From Brevundimonas sp. (lineage in GTDB: Bacteria; Pseudomonadota; Alphaproteobacteria; Caulobacterales; Caulobacteraceae): a stretch of 64,000 nt of DNA. The stretch is from NCBI RefSeq assembly GCF_027487935.1, contig NZ_JAIYCP010000021.1:63271-127270 (forward strand), read 5' to 3'. The notes under the pieces are model-generated. The model saw only the letters and a list, made by a program, of their open reading frames with translations. It searched no databases and was not told the origin of the DNA. Numbering within the stretch: the first letter of the stretch is position 1; every line of letters begins with the position of its first letter. A program made the translations under genes and the position numbers. Positions 11,356 to 21,109 of the stretch are shown in pieces.

Positions 11356-12669
11356 TCAATCCACCCAGTCCTTCTTCAGGCTCCGCGCCGAGATGATCAG
11401 AAGGATGGCGGCCAGGGCATAGAACCACTGTCCGACATAGAGCGAATAGCGCAGCGCCTCCTCGGCGAAGATCGGCGTCAGGGCCTTGGACACGGCTCCC
11501 AGCAGATAGATGCCGAGACCGATGCCGACGAGATTGTTGATCAGCAGGAAGCTGGCCGAGGCGGTCGAACGCATATGCGACGGCACCAGATGCTGCACGG
11601 CCGTGATCACGGGCCCCAGCCACGCCAGGCTGAGCGCCTGAGGAATCAGGAACAGCACAAAGGCCAGCCATTTGTCGTGGACGTTCATGGCCAGGAAGAA
11701 CAGCGGCACGGCGATGAGGAAGCCGATCGCCGGGACCAGCGGATACCAGGCCCTGTTCACGCCCTTGCCGAGCTTGTCGGCGAGCCAGCCGCCGAACCAG
11801 ATGCCGACGGTGCCGCCGATGAAGGCGATGCCCGCGATATAGACGGCGCGTTCGACCCCGGCCATGCCCAGCGAGCGCTCGAAGAAGCTGGGCAACCAGA
11901 AGGCCGAGCCGTAGCCGTAAACCGAGGAACAGGCCGCCCCGAAGGCCAGGAACCAGAAGCTGGGCTTCTTCAGCAGGACACCCCAGACCTCGCCGAAGCC
12001 GGCGGCCTTGGTCGGGACGTGGGCCACTTCGGCCTCGCCGGCGACCGGTTCAGCGCGGTCAAAGCCACCCCGGACCGGATCCTTGACCGTGAATTTCAGG
12101 AGGGGCGCGAGCAGCACCCCGGTAAGGCCGACGACGATAAAGGCCATGCGCCAGTCGATCAGGGCCGCCAGGATCCCGCCGAACAGGTATCCCAACGCCG
12201 TGCCGATCGGGACGCCGAAGGAATAGACCGCCAGGGCGCGGGCCCGCTGCGCCTTGGGGAAATAGTCCGCCACCAGGGAATAGGACGGCGCGACCCCGCC
12301 CGCCTCGCCGACGCCGACACCCATGCGGGCCCCGAACAGCGGCCAGAAACTGGTGGCCAGACCACACAGGGCCGTGAACCCGCTCCACACCGCCAGCGAG
12401 ACCCCGATGATCGATACGCGGCTCATCCGGTCGGCCAGCCAGGCGATGGGCAGGGCCAGGGTGGAATAGACGACGGCGAAGGCCGGGCCGCCCAGCAGCC
12501 CCATCATCTCGTCATCAAAGCCCATCTCGGCCTGGATGTAGGGGGCCAGGATGGCGAGGATCTGCCGGTCAATGAAGTTGAAGGTGTAGACCACCATCAG
12601 CAGCGCCAGCACATAGGCGCGATAGGCCGGATTGGCGGCGGGCCCGATGCCCTGCTCCGTCATGCTCAT
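11356..12669 (-). CDS. MFS transporter (spinster-like)
   Basis: NFIDRQIL, motif A-like WLADRMSR, RMGVGVGEAG, about 12 hydrophobic segments. Confidence 0.9.
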   Translation of the reverse strand: MSMTEQGIGPAANPAYRAYVLALLMVVYTFNFIDRQILAILAPYIQAEMGFDDEMMGLLGGPAFAVVYSTLALPIAWLADRMSRVSIIGVSLAVWSGFTALCGLATSFWPLFGARMGVGVGEAGGVAPSYSLVADYFPKAQRARALAVYSFGVPIGTALGYLFGGILAALIDWRMAFIVVGLTGVLLAPLLKFTVKDPVRGGFDRAEPVAGEAEVAHVPTKAAGFGEVWGVLLKKPSFWFLAFGAACSSVYGYGSAFWLPSFFERSLGMAGVERAVYIAGIAFIGGTVGIWFGGWLADKLGKGVNRAWYPLVPAIGFLIAVPLFFLAMNVHDKWLAFVLFLIPQALSLAWLGPVITAVQHLVPSHMRSTASASFLLINNLVGIGLGIYLLGAVSKALTPIFAEEALRYSLYVGQWFYALAAILLIISARSLKKDWVD

Positions 12670-12735
12670 GGCGTTTCCCTCGACTGGTCTTCTTGTTGGA
12701 CGGAACGGTAGCCTTGCTTTCCGGCAGCGCCAAAG

Positions 12736-12769
12736 AAAAAGGGCGGCGGCTCCGATGAACCGCCGCCCT
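12736..12769 (-). terminator. Intrinsic terminator after the TonB-dependent receptor gene
   Basis: 10-bp stem AGGGCGGCGG/CCGCCGCCCT followed by a T tract on the minus strand. Confidence 0.75.
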
Positions 12770-12797
12770 GGATCAGATGCGATCAGGCTTCAGACGA

Positions 12798-15050
12798 TCA
12801 GTAGCGGGCTGTCAGCTTGACCATGATGGTTTGAGGCGCACCGAAATAGGCGGTGCGGATCTGGCCGACCGACGAAAATTCCTGCGCATCGGTTTTGTAG
12901 ACCTCATTGAGCAGGTTCTGGCCGTAGACGCCCAGGCTGTAGCGACCCGAGGCGTCGTTCATGACAACCCGGGCATCGAACAACCAGTATTCGTCCTGGA
13001 ACATGCCGGGCAGCTGGGCCTGGCTGTTGGTCGCGGTGTTGTCGACGGCAAGCGCCATACGGCTGCGGAATTTGGCAACGCCGCCGAAGGTGACGTCCCC
13101 GCCGCCGGGCATCTCGGCCACATAGGTCAGGCCGTAACGCGCCGTAAGCCTCGGCGCGAAGGCCGGGGTCTGGAAGGCACGGCTGCCGCCCGTCGCGGTA
13201 AAGCGGGCGTCGGCGAACACGTCATATTCGGCATCCAGCAGTCCGATCTGCGTATCGAACGTAAAGGCGTCGGTGACTTGCCAGGCCGCGTCGACCTCGA
13301 GGCCGGAAATGGCCATCGCACCGGCGTTGATGACGCTGAGCTTCGCGGCCGGCAGGTTGGTGATCGGGTCGATATCCAGACCGGAAACGCGCGCCTGGAA
13401 ATTCTTGTAGTCGGTGGTGAAGGCCGCCACATTCAGGCGTACGCGGCTGTCGTACAGGGTGGATTTGAAGCCGACTTCATAGCTGTCAGCCGTCTCCGGA
13501 TCATACTGCGTGGCTTCGGCGGTCGAGTTCGCCCGGCCGTTGTAGCCGCCCGATTTGAAGCCCTGCGAGAAGCGGGCGTAGAGCATGACGTTTTCGGTGG
13601 CCTGGTAGTCCGCCGACGCCATGTAGGAGGTGTCGGTAAAGTTGGCGACCGGCGGGAGGAACGGGAAGGTCGCGTTGAACGCCGGCAGGGCGCCGAAGAA
13701 GGTCGAGGTGGTGCGGTCGTAGTCCTTGTCTTCCTCGGTGTAACGAACGCCGCCCGAAACGCGGAAGCGGTCTGACAGAGCCCAGGTCAGGTTGCCGTAG
13801 GCGGCCTTGGACGTGGTCTCGAGCGTGTCATCGACCGTCCGGGTAAAGGTCGAGTTGAGGAAGGCCGGGCCGAGAAGGTCATCGGCATAGGCTTCCTGAT
13901 GCGAGTCGATGTTTTCCTGCAGGTAGTAGAGGCCGCCGACGGCGGTGATCGGGCCGGACTCGAACGTCGCCTGCAGTTCCTGACTGAACTGGTCCTGATC
14001 CACAGCGACGAGAGCGCTCGACACTTCGCGCGGCGTGCCGTCGAAGTCGATATAGTCGTCCGTATTGAGCCTGCGATAGCCGGTGATGGACCGGATCGTC
14101 AGGGCGTCGCTGAGGTCAAAGGCGGCGTTCAGCGACACGCCGCGCGATTCCAGCCGGGTCTCGTTCGGCAGGGTCGGATCAACCACCGCCTGGAAATTCC
14201 AGGGCGGCGGCGGCGATGTCACCGCCACGATGGTCTGACCACTGGAGCCGATCAGGCTGTTCTGCGACTGGCCGACCGTCAGGCCGGCGTCGTCATTCGA
14301 ATAGTCGGCGATCAGATCGACGCGGAGATTATCCGAAGGGTCCCAGGCCAGGGCGGCGCGGAAGGCGTTGGTGTTCTTGTCGTTGTACTCGGCACCCGTG
14401 ACCGGATTGGAGACATAGCCGTCGCGCGAGGAGTGCAGGGCCGAGAAGCCCAGGGCGAGGGAGTCGCTGATCGGACCCGAGACCGACCCCTGGACGTCCA
14501 TCATGTTGTAGCTGCCATAGGCGACCGAGCCGCGGGCGCGGAATTCCTGGCCCGGCCGGCGCGAGACCAGCTTCAGCGCACCGCCGATGGTGTTCTTGCC
14601 GTAAAGGGTGCCCTGGGGTCCGCGCAGGACCTCGACGCGCTCCAGATCAAGCAGGTCGAACTGGGTGCCGCGGATGCGGCTGTAATAGACGTCATCGATA
14701 TAGACGCCGACGGCAGGATCGAAGGTCTGCAGGGCGTCGGGCTGGCCCACGCCGCGGATGTAGATGTTGGTCGAGTTGGACGAGGCGCGGCCCTGGACGA
14801 TGTTCAGGTTCGGCACCAGACCTTGCAGATCGGTGGTCTGGGTCGCGCCGGCCTGGTTGAGGGATTCGCCCGAGAAGGCGCTCAGCGACAGCGGCGTGCG
14901 CTGTGCGGACTCTTCGGTCCGGCGAGCGGTTACGATGACGTCATCGAGAGCGGCTGACTGTGCCGCAGGCGCATCCTGGGCCACGGCGAAGGTGGAGAGC
15001 GCGCTCCAGGCGGCTCCGGCGAGCAAGGCGGTCTTTACATAGCGGTTCAT
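12798..15050 (-). CDS. TonB-dependent receptor
   Basis: Signal peptide, TonB box DDVIVTARR, plug motif LERVEVLRGPQGTLYGKNTIGG, C-terminal aromatic residue. Confidence 0.95.
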   Translation of the reverse strand: MNRYVKTALLAGAAWSALSTFAVAQDAPAAQSAALDDVIVTARRTEESAQRTPLSLSAFSGESLNQAGATQTTDLQGLVPNLNIVQGRASSNSTNIYIRGVGQPDALQTFDPAVGVYIDDVYYSRIRGTQFDLLDLERVEVLRGPQGTLYGKNTIGGALKLVSRRPGQEFRARGSVAYGSYNMMDVQGSVSGPISDSLALGFSALHSSRDGYVSNPVTGAEYNDKNTNAFRAALAWDPSDNLRVDLIADYSNDDAGLTVGQSQNSLIGSSGQTIVAVTSPPPPWNFQAVVDPTLPNETRLESRGVSLNAAFDLSDALTIRSITGYRRLNTDDYIDFDGTPREVSSALVAVDQDQFSQELQATFESGPITAVGGLYYLQENIDSHQEAYADDLLGPAFLNSTFTRTVDDTLETTSKAAYGNLTWALSDRFRVSGGVRYTEEDKDYDRTTSTFFGALPAFNATFPFLPPVANFTDTSYMASADYQATENVMLYARFSQGFKSGGYNGRANSTAEATQYDPETADSYEVGFKSTLYDSRVRLNVAAFTTDYKNFQARVSGLDIDPITNLPAAKLSVINAGAMAISGLEVDAAWQVTDAFTFDTQIGLLDAEYDVFADARFTATGGSRAFQTPAFAPRLTARYGLTYVAEMPGGGDVTFGGVAKFRSRMALAVDNTATNSQAQLPGMFQDEYWLFDARVVMNDASGRYSLGVYGQNLLNEVYKTDAQEFSSVGQIRTAYFGAPQTIMVKLTARY

Positions 15051-15091
15051 GGTAGCCCCAGTCCTGTGATTTCCGACCCGATGACGCTTTT

Positions 15092-15105
15092 ATTCAGCGT
15101 TCAAT
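15092..15105. promoter_or_regulatory. Possible TetR operator
   Basis: Imperfect palindrome ATTCAGCGTTCAAT in the AT-rich gap between the divergent receptor and tetR genes. Confidence 0.35.
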
Positions 15106-15206
15106 GATTTTAAGGAACCTAATCGTTTTCAGTCGCCTGTCAAACGACGCCTCGTCGCATCCATCACCGGCGGTCCGACCTGTGGCGCCGTTGCACAGCG
15201 AGGGCG

Positions 15207-15926
15207 ATGCGGCCTAGCTTCGCCACCATGACCAAGCTCGAAGTGCCGACCGCAAAACGGGGCCGCCCGCCCAAGGCCCGGGCCGGTGGTGGCGCCGACA
15301 CGCGGGACCTGATCCTCGACGCCGCCGAGGACCTGTTCTCCAAACACGGCTTCTATGGCGTCACGATTCGCGAGGTGGCGCGGGAAGCGGGCGTGGATAC
15401 GGCCCTGGTCCACTACTATTTCGGGGCCAAGCGAGAGCTGTTCGACGCGGTCTTCCTGCGGCGGGCCGAGGTCTGGAACAATGAGCGGGTCGACGGGATC
15501 AACCGCTATGCCAACGAAATGGGCGATGCGATGACGCTGGAAGGCCTGTTCGAGGCGTTTCTCCGGCCGCCGTTCCAGTGGTCGATGAAGGGTGGGCCGG
15601 GCTGGAAACACTATTCGGCCCTGGTCGCCCAGACGAACGCCAATCCGACCTTCGGCGGCGAGACCATGGCCCGCTACTATGATCCGGCGATCCGGCGGCT
15701 GATCGAGCTGATCAAGCGGGTCCTGCCGGATGCCCGCGAGGTCGATCTTTACTGGGCCTATCACAACCTGTCGGGCGCGCTGACGCTGACGCTGGGTGAG
15801 ACGGGGCGGCTGGACCGGCTGTCCGGTGGCCTGTGCCGGTCCGGCGATCTGGAGACGGCCGGCGACTATATGGTGCGGTTCGCGGCGGCAGGGTTCCGGG
15901 CGGTCTGCGGTCCGCGCCCGGTCTAG
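15207..15926 (+). CDS. TetR/AcrR family regulator
   Basis: ILDAAEDLFSKHGFYGVTIREVAREAGVDTALVHYYFGAK HTH; start may be the next Met. Confidence 0.93.
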   Translation: MRPSFATMTKLEVPTAKRGRPPKARAGGGADTRDLILDAAEDLFSKHGFYGVTIREVAREAGVDTALVHYYFGAKRELFDAVFLRRAEVWNNERVDGINRYANEMGDAMTLEGLFEAFLRPPFQWSMKGGPGWKHYSALVAQTNANPTFGGETMARYYDPAIRRLIELIKRVLPDAREVDLYWAYHNLSGALTLTLGETGRLDRLSGGLCRSGDLETAGDYMVRFAAAGFRAVCGPRPV

Positions 15927-16447
15927 CCGAAGAACACGGCCCACATCAGACGGCCCGGGAGGAAGGTGAAGGCCCCGGCGACGATCAGGCCGCCGATGAA
16001 GGTCCAGGTCATGCCGCGGGCATGACTGGCGATCCGGCCCCGGCGGACGGCGAACAGCGCCATGGGCAGGGCGATCAGGGTCCAGCCGCTCAGCAGGTGG
16101 ATCAGGGAGAAGGAACCCGGGTTGATCTGGCGGATGAACAGGGAGCTGACCGCGACGGTGAACATGGCCACAACCCAGCTCCAGCCGATCAGCCGGTGGA
16201 CGCCCGTGCCCTTGATCCCCACCAGCTGGACCGTCCCGAGCAACAGGGCGGCCAGGGCGGCGGAGATGTGGAGCCGGATCACCCACGGCTGGCGGGCGAG
16301 CAGGGCCCAGTCTGGGGCATGGGCGGCGGTCGATGCGACCGCCAGCGCCAGACCGGTGCCGCCCGCGACGGCGGCGAGCAGCCACAGGCGGCGCGCGGGA
16401 AAGGTGGCGAAGGCGGCGGGTCTCTGGCGGGTCACGCGGGGCTCCAT
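15923..16447 (-). CDS. DUF2306-like membrane protein
   Basis: KGTGVHRLIGWSW, FSLIHLLS, HARGM...GAFTFLPGRLM; ATG 16447 chosen. Confidence 0.75.
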   Translation of the reverse strand: MEPRVTRQRPAAFATFPARRLWLLAAVAGGTGLALAVASTAAHAPDWALLARQPWVIRLHISAALAALLLGTVQLVGIKGTGVHRLIGWSWVVAMFTVAVSSLFIRQINPGSFSLIHLLSGWTLIALPMALFAVRRGRIASHARGMTWTFIGGLIVAGAFTFLPGRLMWAVFFG

Positions 16448-16566
16448 TGGGTGTGTCCTGGTCGAAGGGTCGGTCGTTTGTCCGTGACAGATCCGCGCTT
16501 CAATCCCGACCCGTTTCGTGGTCTCAAGGCAGTCTGACAGACCACGCGGACAGGGGGCCGTCCAGC

Positions 16567-17346
16567 ATGAGCGCGAGCGAGCCGGCACAGGATGTCGTGC
16601 GCATCTCCATCGATCGCGGGCTTCTGCGCGGCCTCGTTGTGGCGCTGGCCGCCGGCCTGCTGCTGGCCCTGACCGAGGCGTTCGGCATGAGCGGGACGTC
16701 CCTGCTGTTCCGGCTGGGCTACTGGCTGCCGCTCATGCTGCTTGGCTCGCTCTGGGGGCATCTGTGCTCCCTGCTGGTCGAGCGGTATGTCGACATGGAT
16801 CGGCGGCCGCTGACGGCGGTCGTGGCCCTGACCCTGGTGATGTCCGGACCACTGGTGTTCCTGGTCTGGGCCTTTACCGGCTGGTTCTTCGATCAGGACC
16901 GGTCGGTCGATCTGGCGAGACTGCCGAACTTCATCGGGCCGGTGCTCGTGGTAACGGGGACGATCAGCGCCCTTAACGTCTTCCTCGCGCGGACACCGGT
17001 CCAGACGCATGCGGCCTTGCCCGGGGCGAAGCCGGCGCGGTTTATCGACCGGCTGCCGTTCAAGCTCAAGGGTGCGGCCATTCGGGCGGTCCAGTCCGAG
17101 GACCACTATCTGCGCATCCATACCGACCGCGGATCGGACCTGATCCTGATGCGGCTGTCCGACGCCCTGACCGAGCTGGAGGGACTGGAGGGGGCCCAGA
17201 CGCACCGCAGTTGGTGGGTCGCCCGGGACGCCGTGCGGGACGTCAGTCGCGGCGACGGCCGGGCGACCCTGACCCTGCAGGGCGGGATCGAGGCCCCGGT
17301 CAGCCGGCGCTATGCCAAGGCCTTGCGCGAAGCCGGCTGGTATTGA
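16567..17346 (+). CDS. Membrane-bound LytTR DNA-binding regulator
   Basis: About four N-terminal TM segments, then AVQSEDHYLRIHT...QTHRSWWVA...APVSRRY; no receiver domain. Confidence 0.9.
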   Translation: MSASEPAQDVVRISIDRGLLRGLVVALAAGLLLALTEAFGMSGTSLLFRLGYWLPLMLLGSLWGHLCSLLVERYVDMDRRPLTAVVALTLVMSGPLVFLVWAFTGWFFDQDRSVDLARLPNFIGPVLVVTGTISALNVFLARTPVQTHAALPGAKPARFIDRLPFKLKGAAIRAVQSEDHYLRIHTDRGSDLILMRLSDALTELEGLEGAQTHRSWWVARDAVRDVSRGDGRATLTLQGGIEAPVSRRYAKALREAGWY

Positions 17347-17356
17347 GGTCCGCACC

Positions 17357-18823
17357 CTAGCCTGCCCAGACACCGTGGAAACCGGCCGGAAGGGCGACGT
17401 CGGCGCGCCAGCTGGCGACCGGGCCGTCGGCGACGCGGGCGGCTTCGAAGGCGTGCAGTTCGGTCACGCCCTCCGCCAGATTGATCGAGGGGGCGACCAG
17501 CCAGGCGTCGGCCTCGGCGGTCGCGCCCGGCTTGGGCACGAACACGGCCTCCTCCACGATCTGGCTGTCGCCGAACAGGAAGCGGTCGGACCGGCCGGTG
17601 TCCCAGTCCCAGGTGGCGAGGCCATTGGGCAGGGGCCGGTCGGGGCGTTCTCCGGCGACATGGGCGGTGAGGCGGCGCGGCAGGCCGGCGCGGCGCGGAT
17701 CGCTCTTCGGGAATTCGGCGGTGATGCCCGAGGCGACCATTTCCGCGCGACCGTCCGTATGCAGGGTGATGAGGTTGAGCACCGCATGCTCGCCCGGCAC
17801 CACACCGCGCTGTTCGACCAGGATGCGGGCCCCGTCGATGGCGAAGTCCACATCCCTGGCGGCGGCGACGTCGAAGCGGATCGTGCCCGAGCCATCCTCC
17901 CAGGCGTCGCCGAGGTGGAAATAGCTGAAGGCCGGCAGCTCGAAGATCCGGCGGCGCGACAGGTCGGCCTTGTCGATGACCAGCACCCGGGTGCCCAGCT
18001 CCGGCCTCCAGGCGAACTGGCTGGCGTAGGGCATGCCGCGGTGGTCGAAGACCCAGGGCTGCAGTACGAGGATCAGGTGCCGGGCCGTGGCGGTGAAGTC
18101 GTGCATATAGCTGGCGCGCGGCAGGTCGATGACCGCGGCCGTGCGCAGGCTGCGGTCGGCGTTCAGGTGCCAGACGACGGCCTTGTCGCCGTTCAGGCCG
18201 ATGTTCCAGACCGTGCCGTCGGGGTCGTAGCGGGGGTGGGCCTGGAAGGGCATACCCTTGAGGTCATCGCGCAGGGTCACGAACCGCCTGGTCGACAGGT
18301 CGGAGGCGGACATGGCCATGGGCGAACCGGCCTCCCACAGGGCCCAGACCTCGTCGCCGGCGACCATGACCGCGGTATTGGCGGCATTGGCGTCATCGTT
18401 GGAGCCGATGCGGGCGCGGGCGTCGCCGGCGGTGCCGAAACCGGGGGTGACGACGGCGTCGATCTCGGTCTCCCAGCGGCGTTTGGGGGTGTCGGCGAAC
18501 CGGGCCTCGAAGGTGACCTGACCCTCATGGACGCGGAAGGCCCGCATCAGGCCGTCGCCGTCGAACCAGTGGGTGGCCGAGCCGCCCGGGCGCCGGAATT
18601 TGCCGGGGCCGTTGCGGAACAGGGTGCCGGTCAGGCCGGCCGGCGCGCGGCCGTGGACCAGCCGCATGGCCCGGGGCGCGACATCCGCCTCGAGGTCGGC
18701 GGTGGCCAGGGCCCAGTCGGCGGCGGCCTGCATGGCGGCCATGGCGCGGACGGTCTCGGGGGTGACCACGGCGGCTGACAGGGCGGCCGCACCCATCAGG
18801 AAGTTTCGGCGGGAAGCGTGCAT
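17357..18823 (-). CDS. Carotenoid oxygenase (CCD/RPE65) family dioxygenase with twin-arginine leader
   Basis: LFRNGPG, HWFDGDG, four Fe-ligand His contexts (QAHPR, YMHDF, YFHLG, GFHG), EAVFVP; N-terminus MHASRRNFLMGAAA from ATG 18823. Confidence 0.9.
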   Translation of the reverse strand: MHASRRNFLMGAAALSAAVVTPETVRAMAAMQAAADWALATADLEADVAPRAMRLVHGRAPAGLTGTLFRNGPGKFRRPGGSATHWFDGDGLMRAFRVHEGQVTFEARFADTPKRRWETEIDAVVTPGFGTAGDARARIGSNDDANAANTAVMVAGDEVWALWEAGSPMAMSASDLSTRRFVTLRDDLKGMPFQAHPRYDPDGTVWNIGLNGDKAVVWHLNADRSLRTAAVIDLPRASYMHDFTATARHLILVLQPWVFDHRGMPYASQFAWRPELGTRVLVIDKADLSRRRIFELPAFSYFHLGDAWEDGSGTIRFDVAAARDVDFAIDGARILVEQRGVVPGEHAVLNLITLHTDGRAEMVASGITAEFPKSDPRRAGLPRRLTAHVAGERPDRPLPNGLATWDWDTGRSDRFLFGDSQIVEEAVFVPKPGATAEADAWLVAPSINLAEGVTELHAFEAARVADGPVASWRADVALPAGFHGVWAG

Positions 18824-18896
18824 CTTAAAGTCTCCTGATGAGTTACGGCGCGGCCTCAAGCAGCGAGCCGCCGCGCGGCGAGCGTTAGGCCGCCGG

Positions 18897-19328
18897 CTAC
18901 CTGATGCTGATGGTCTGGGCGGTCTCGCCGGAGACGGCGAAATGGGCGCGGTCCCAGCGGGCAGGGCCCATATTGCCGACGGCGTTGTTGGAGAAGGCAT
19001 AGGGCTCGGTCGGTATGCCGAAGGGGTTGGTGTTCATCTGGCCGTCGCCGTTGACGTCATGGAACGCCTTCACCGCATAGTCGCCGGCGGGCAGGTTCCC
19101 GAAGGTGGCGACGACGGGGCCGGAGGCCGGGATGGCGGTGGCGGCGACGGGGCTGGATGAGCCGCCGTCGAAGGCGGCGGCGGAGTCATACAGGGCCACC
19201 ATGACCTGGCCGGTGCGCGCGCCGGTCTCGAAGGTCAGGACGACCTTGCTGTCGGCGGTCTGGGCGAGGGCCGGGGCGGCGGTGAGCAGCAGGGCGGCGG
19301 CGGTTGCGGTGGCGGCGAGGCGGATCAT
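18897..19328 (-). CDS. DUF2141-like secreted protein
   Basis: Signal peptide; GDYAVKAFHDVNGDGQMNTNPFGIPTEPYAFSNN signature. Confidence 0.85.
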   Translation of the reverse strand: MIRLAATATAAALLLTAAPALAQTADSKVVLTFETGARTGQVMVALYDSAAAFDGGSSSPVAATAIPASGPVVATFGNLPAGDYAVKAFHDVNGDGQMNTNPFGIPTEPYAFSNNAVGNMGPARWDRAHFAVSGETAQTISIR

Positions 19329-19436
19329 GGCGGCGGTCCTTCGTATGAGCAGCCCGAAGACCGGGCCGTTTCGATGGACGGACCGTGATGCGCCGCCGGG
19401 CGCGCCGCCATGTCGTTTGCAGGTTCGGGCGGCTGC

Positions 19437-19470
19437 CGTTCGCGAATGACGGCCGGTGTTCATTCGCGAA
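19437..19470. promoter_or_regulatory. Direct repeat upstream of DUF2141 gene, candidate LytTR site
   Basis: TTCGCGAA at 19439-19446 and 19463-19470 (24-bp period); degenerate CGTTTGC at 19414. Confidence 0.4.
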
Positions 19471-19807
19471 ACGCGAGTGAACAGGTCGGCGGCTTGCGGC
19501 TTTGCGGAAGCGAGGGTCGGGAAGGCGCCTTCCCTCCGGAAAATGCGAAAAGCTGTCTTCTCGCCCCTCGGGCCTTGCGGGTTATGCACCGGACCTGGGG
19601 CGGCCGGGCGGAGATGGATCGGATTGTCAAAGACCGGACAGGCGTCGGCACGGGCACGCGGGGTGCCGACGATCAGAGTCTAGCCGGATGCCGGTGGGGG
19701 GATGGCAAATAAATTCTGCGGCCGCGTTTGAGGGGGCGGGAAGGCACGGTCGGGGGTTCGAAAGGGCGGGATGATCGGGGGCGGAAAGGTCGCCTGCCCG
19801 AACCCGG

Positions 19808-20266
19808 CTACATCCTGTGTCGGCGACCGATCAGGGCGCGGAGGCCGAGGGCGACCAGGGCACCGAACAGGCCGACCGACAGGGCCAGCAGGGTCTCGGC
19901 GTAGGACGGCGCGACAACCTCGAACGAGACGGGGCCGACGTGGCGGATGGCCGTCTGGATGTTCATCCAGCCGTACAGGGCGGCGAGCAGGCCGAGGGTC
20001 GCGGAGAGGGTTGCCGCGAGCTTGAGCAGCAGGCCCATGGCACCGGCGGTGCGGCGCGCGAGAAGACCGATCACCCCGAACACCAGCGCGCCGAACAGGA
20101 GCTGCAGGATGAACATCATGACCAGTTTGGCGACCGGGTCCGCGCTCATGAACATCTGCGCGGCAGAGAAGCCCGGCATGTAGCGGCTCATGAGCCAGGC
20201 GCAGGTTCCGGCGGAAGCCGCGAAGGCGACGGCGGCGACGATGAGAAGAGCGGGCGCGCGTTTCAT
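19808..20266 (-). CDS. Shortened MotA/TolQ/ExbB-like membrane protein (copy A)
   Basis: ADPVAKLVM and GLLAALYGWMN...VVAPSYAETL...GLFGALVA resemble TolQ TM1 and TM2-TM3 motifs from memory; cytoplasmic loop absent. Confidence 0.6.
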   Translation of the reverse strand: MKRAPALLIVAAVAFAASAGTCAWLMSRYMPGFSAAQMFMSADPVAKLVMMFILQLLFGALVFGVIGLLARRTAGAMGLLLKLAATLSATLGLLAALYGWMNIQTAIRHVGPVSFEVVAPSYAETLLALSVGLFGALVALGLRALIGRRHRM

Positions 20267-20320
20267 TGGGCGGAGGGTGTGGGGCGGAGGGTCGCGACGT
20301 CAAGCGGGGGCGGGTCGGGA

Positions 20321-21052
20321 TCAGTAGTGCGCGGGCGGCGGCGTGGGCGGTGCCAGCCAGGGCATGGCGAACAGGCCGAACAGGAAGCCGCCGACGTGCC
20401 CTTCCCACGCTACGGAGGGGCCGCCGCCCTCCGCCTGGTTGATGGCGTAGACGAGTCCCACCGTCGCCAGATTGAGCCAGACGACCAGCAGCACCTCGTC
20501 GCGAATCCGCCGCGACCGCAGCGGGATCATGCCCCCGTCAGGACCGATCCGGGCGACCGCGCCCCACAGGCCGAAGATCGCCCCCGAGGCGCCGACCATC
20601 GGGAGCCCCTCCGGGTTGAGGGCGAGGTACAGCGCCGCGCCGGCGAGGGCCGAGCCCACAAAGAGCACCGCGAACCGCCTCCAGCCGGCAGGCCCGACCC
20701 CCAGCCGCACCATCGCCAGCGGCGTCAGCGGCAGCAGGACGCTGGCGTTCAACAGCAGATGGGTCAGCCCGCCATGCGAGACCATGTGCGTGGCCAGGGT
20801 GTACCAACGCCCCTCGGCGAGGGCCGGACCCGAGACGCCCCACGGCGCCGGACCCCCATCGGCCATCTGGGCGACGAACACGGCACCGCAAAGCGCGAGC
20901 AGGACAAAGGCGGGCAGGCCGGCGGCGGAAAACAGCAGCTTCCAGGTGCGGATGTCCCAGATCGGCGGACCGGACCGCAACCGCCCCCGGCGGTCGCGCC
21001 GGCGGGCGAACAGCGGCGGACGGTCAGCGGCAGGCTGGTTCATGGCGGTCAC
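20321..21052 (-). CDS. Rhomboid intramembrane serine protease
   Basis: HMVSHGGLTHLLLN, VGASGAIFG (catalytic Ser), AWEGHVGG (catalytic His). Confidence 0.93.
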   Translation of the reverse strand: MTAMNQPAADRPPLFARRRDRRGRLRSGPPIWDIRTWKLLFSAAGLPAFVLLALCGAVFVAQMADGGPAPWGVSGPALAEGRWYTLATHMVSHGGLTHLLLNASVLLPLTPLAMVRLGVGPAGWRRFAVLFVGSALAGAALYLALNPEGLPMVGASGAIFGLWGAVARIGPDGGMIPLRSRRIRDEVLLVVWLNLATVGLVYAINQAEGGGPSVAWEGHVGGFLFGLFAMPWLAPPTPPPAHY

Positions 21053-21109
21053 TGTGGCTCAGGCGGGCGGGATTGGACAGGGGCAGGCCGTGGAGAGGGC
21101 CTTGAGGCA

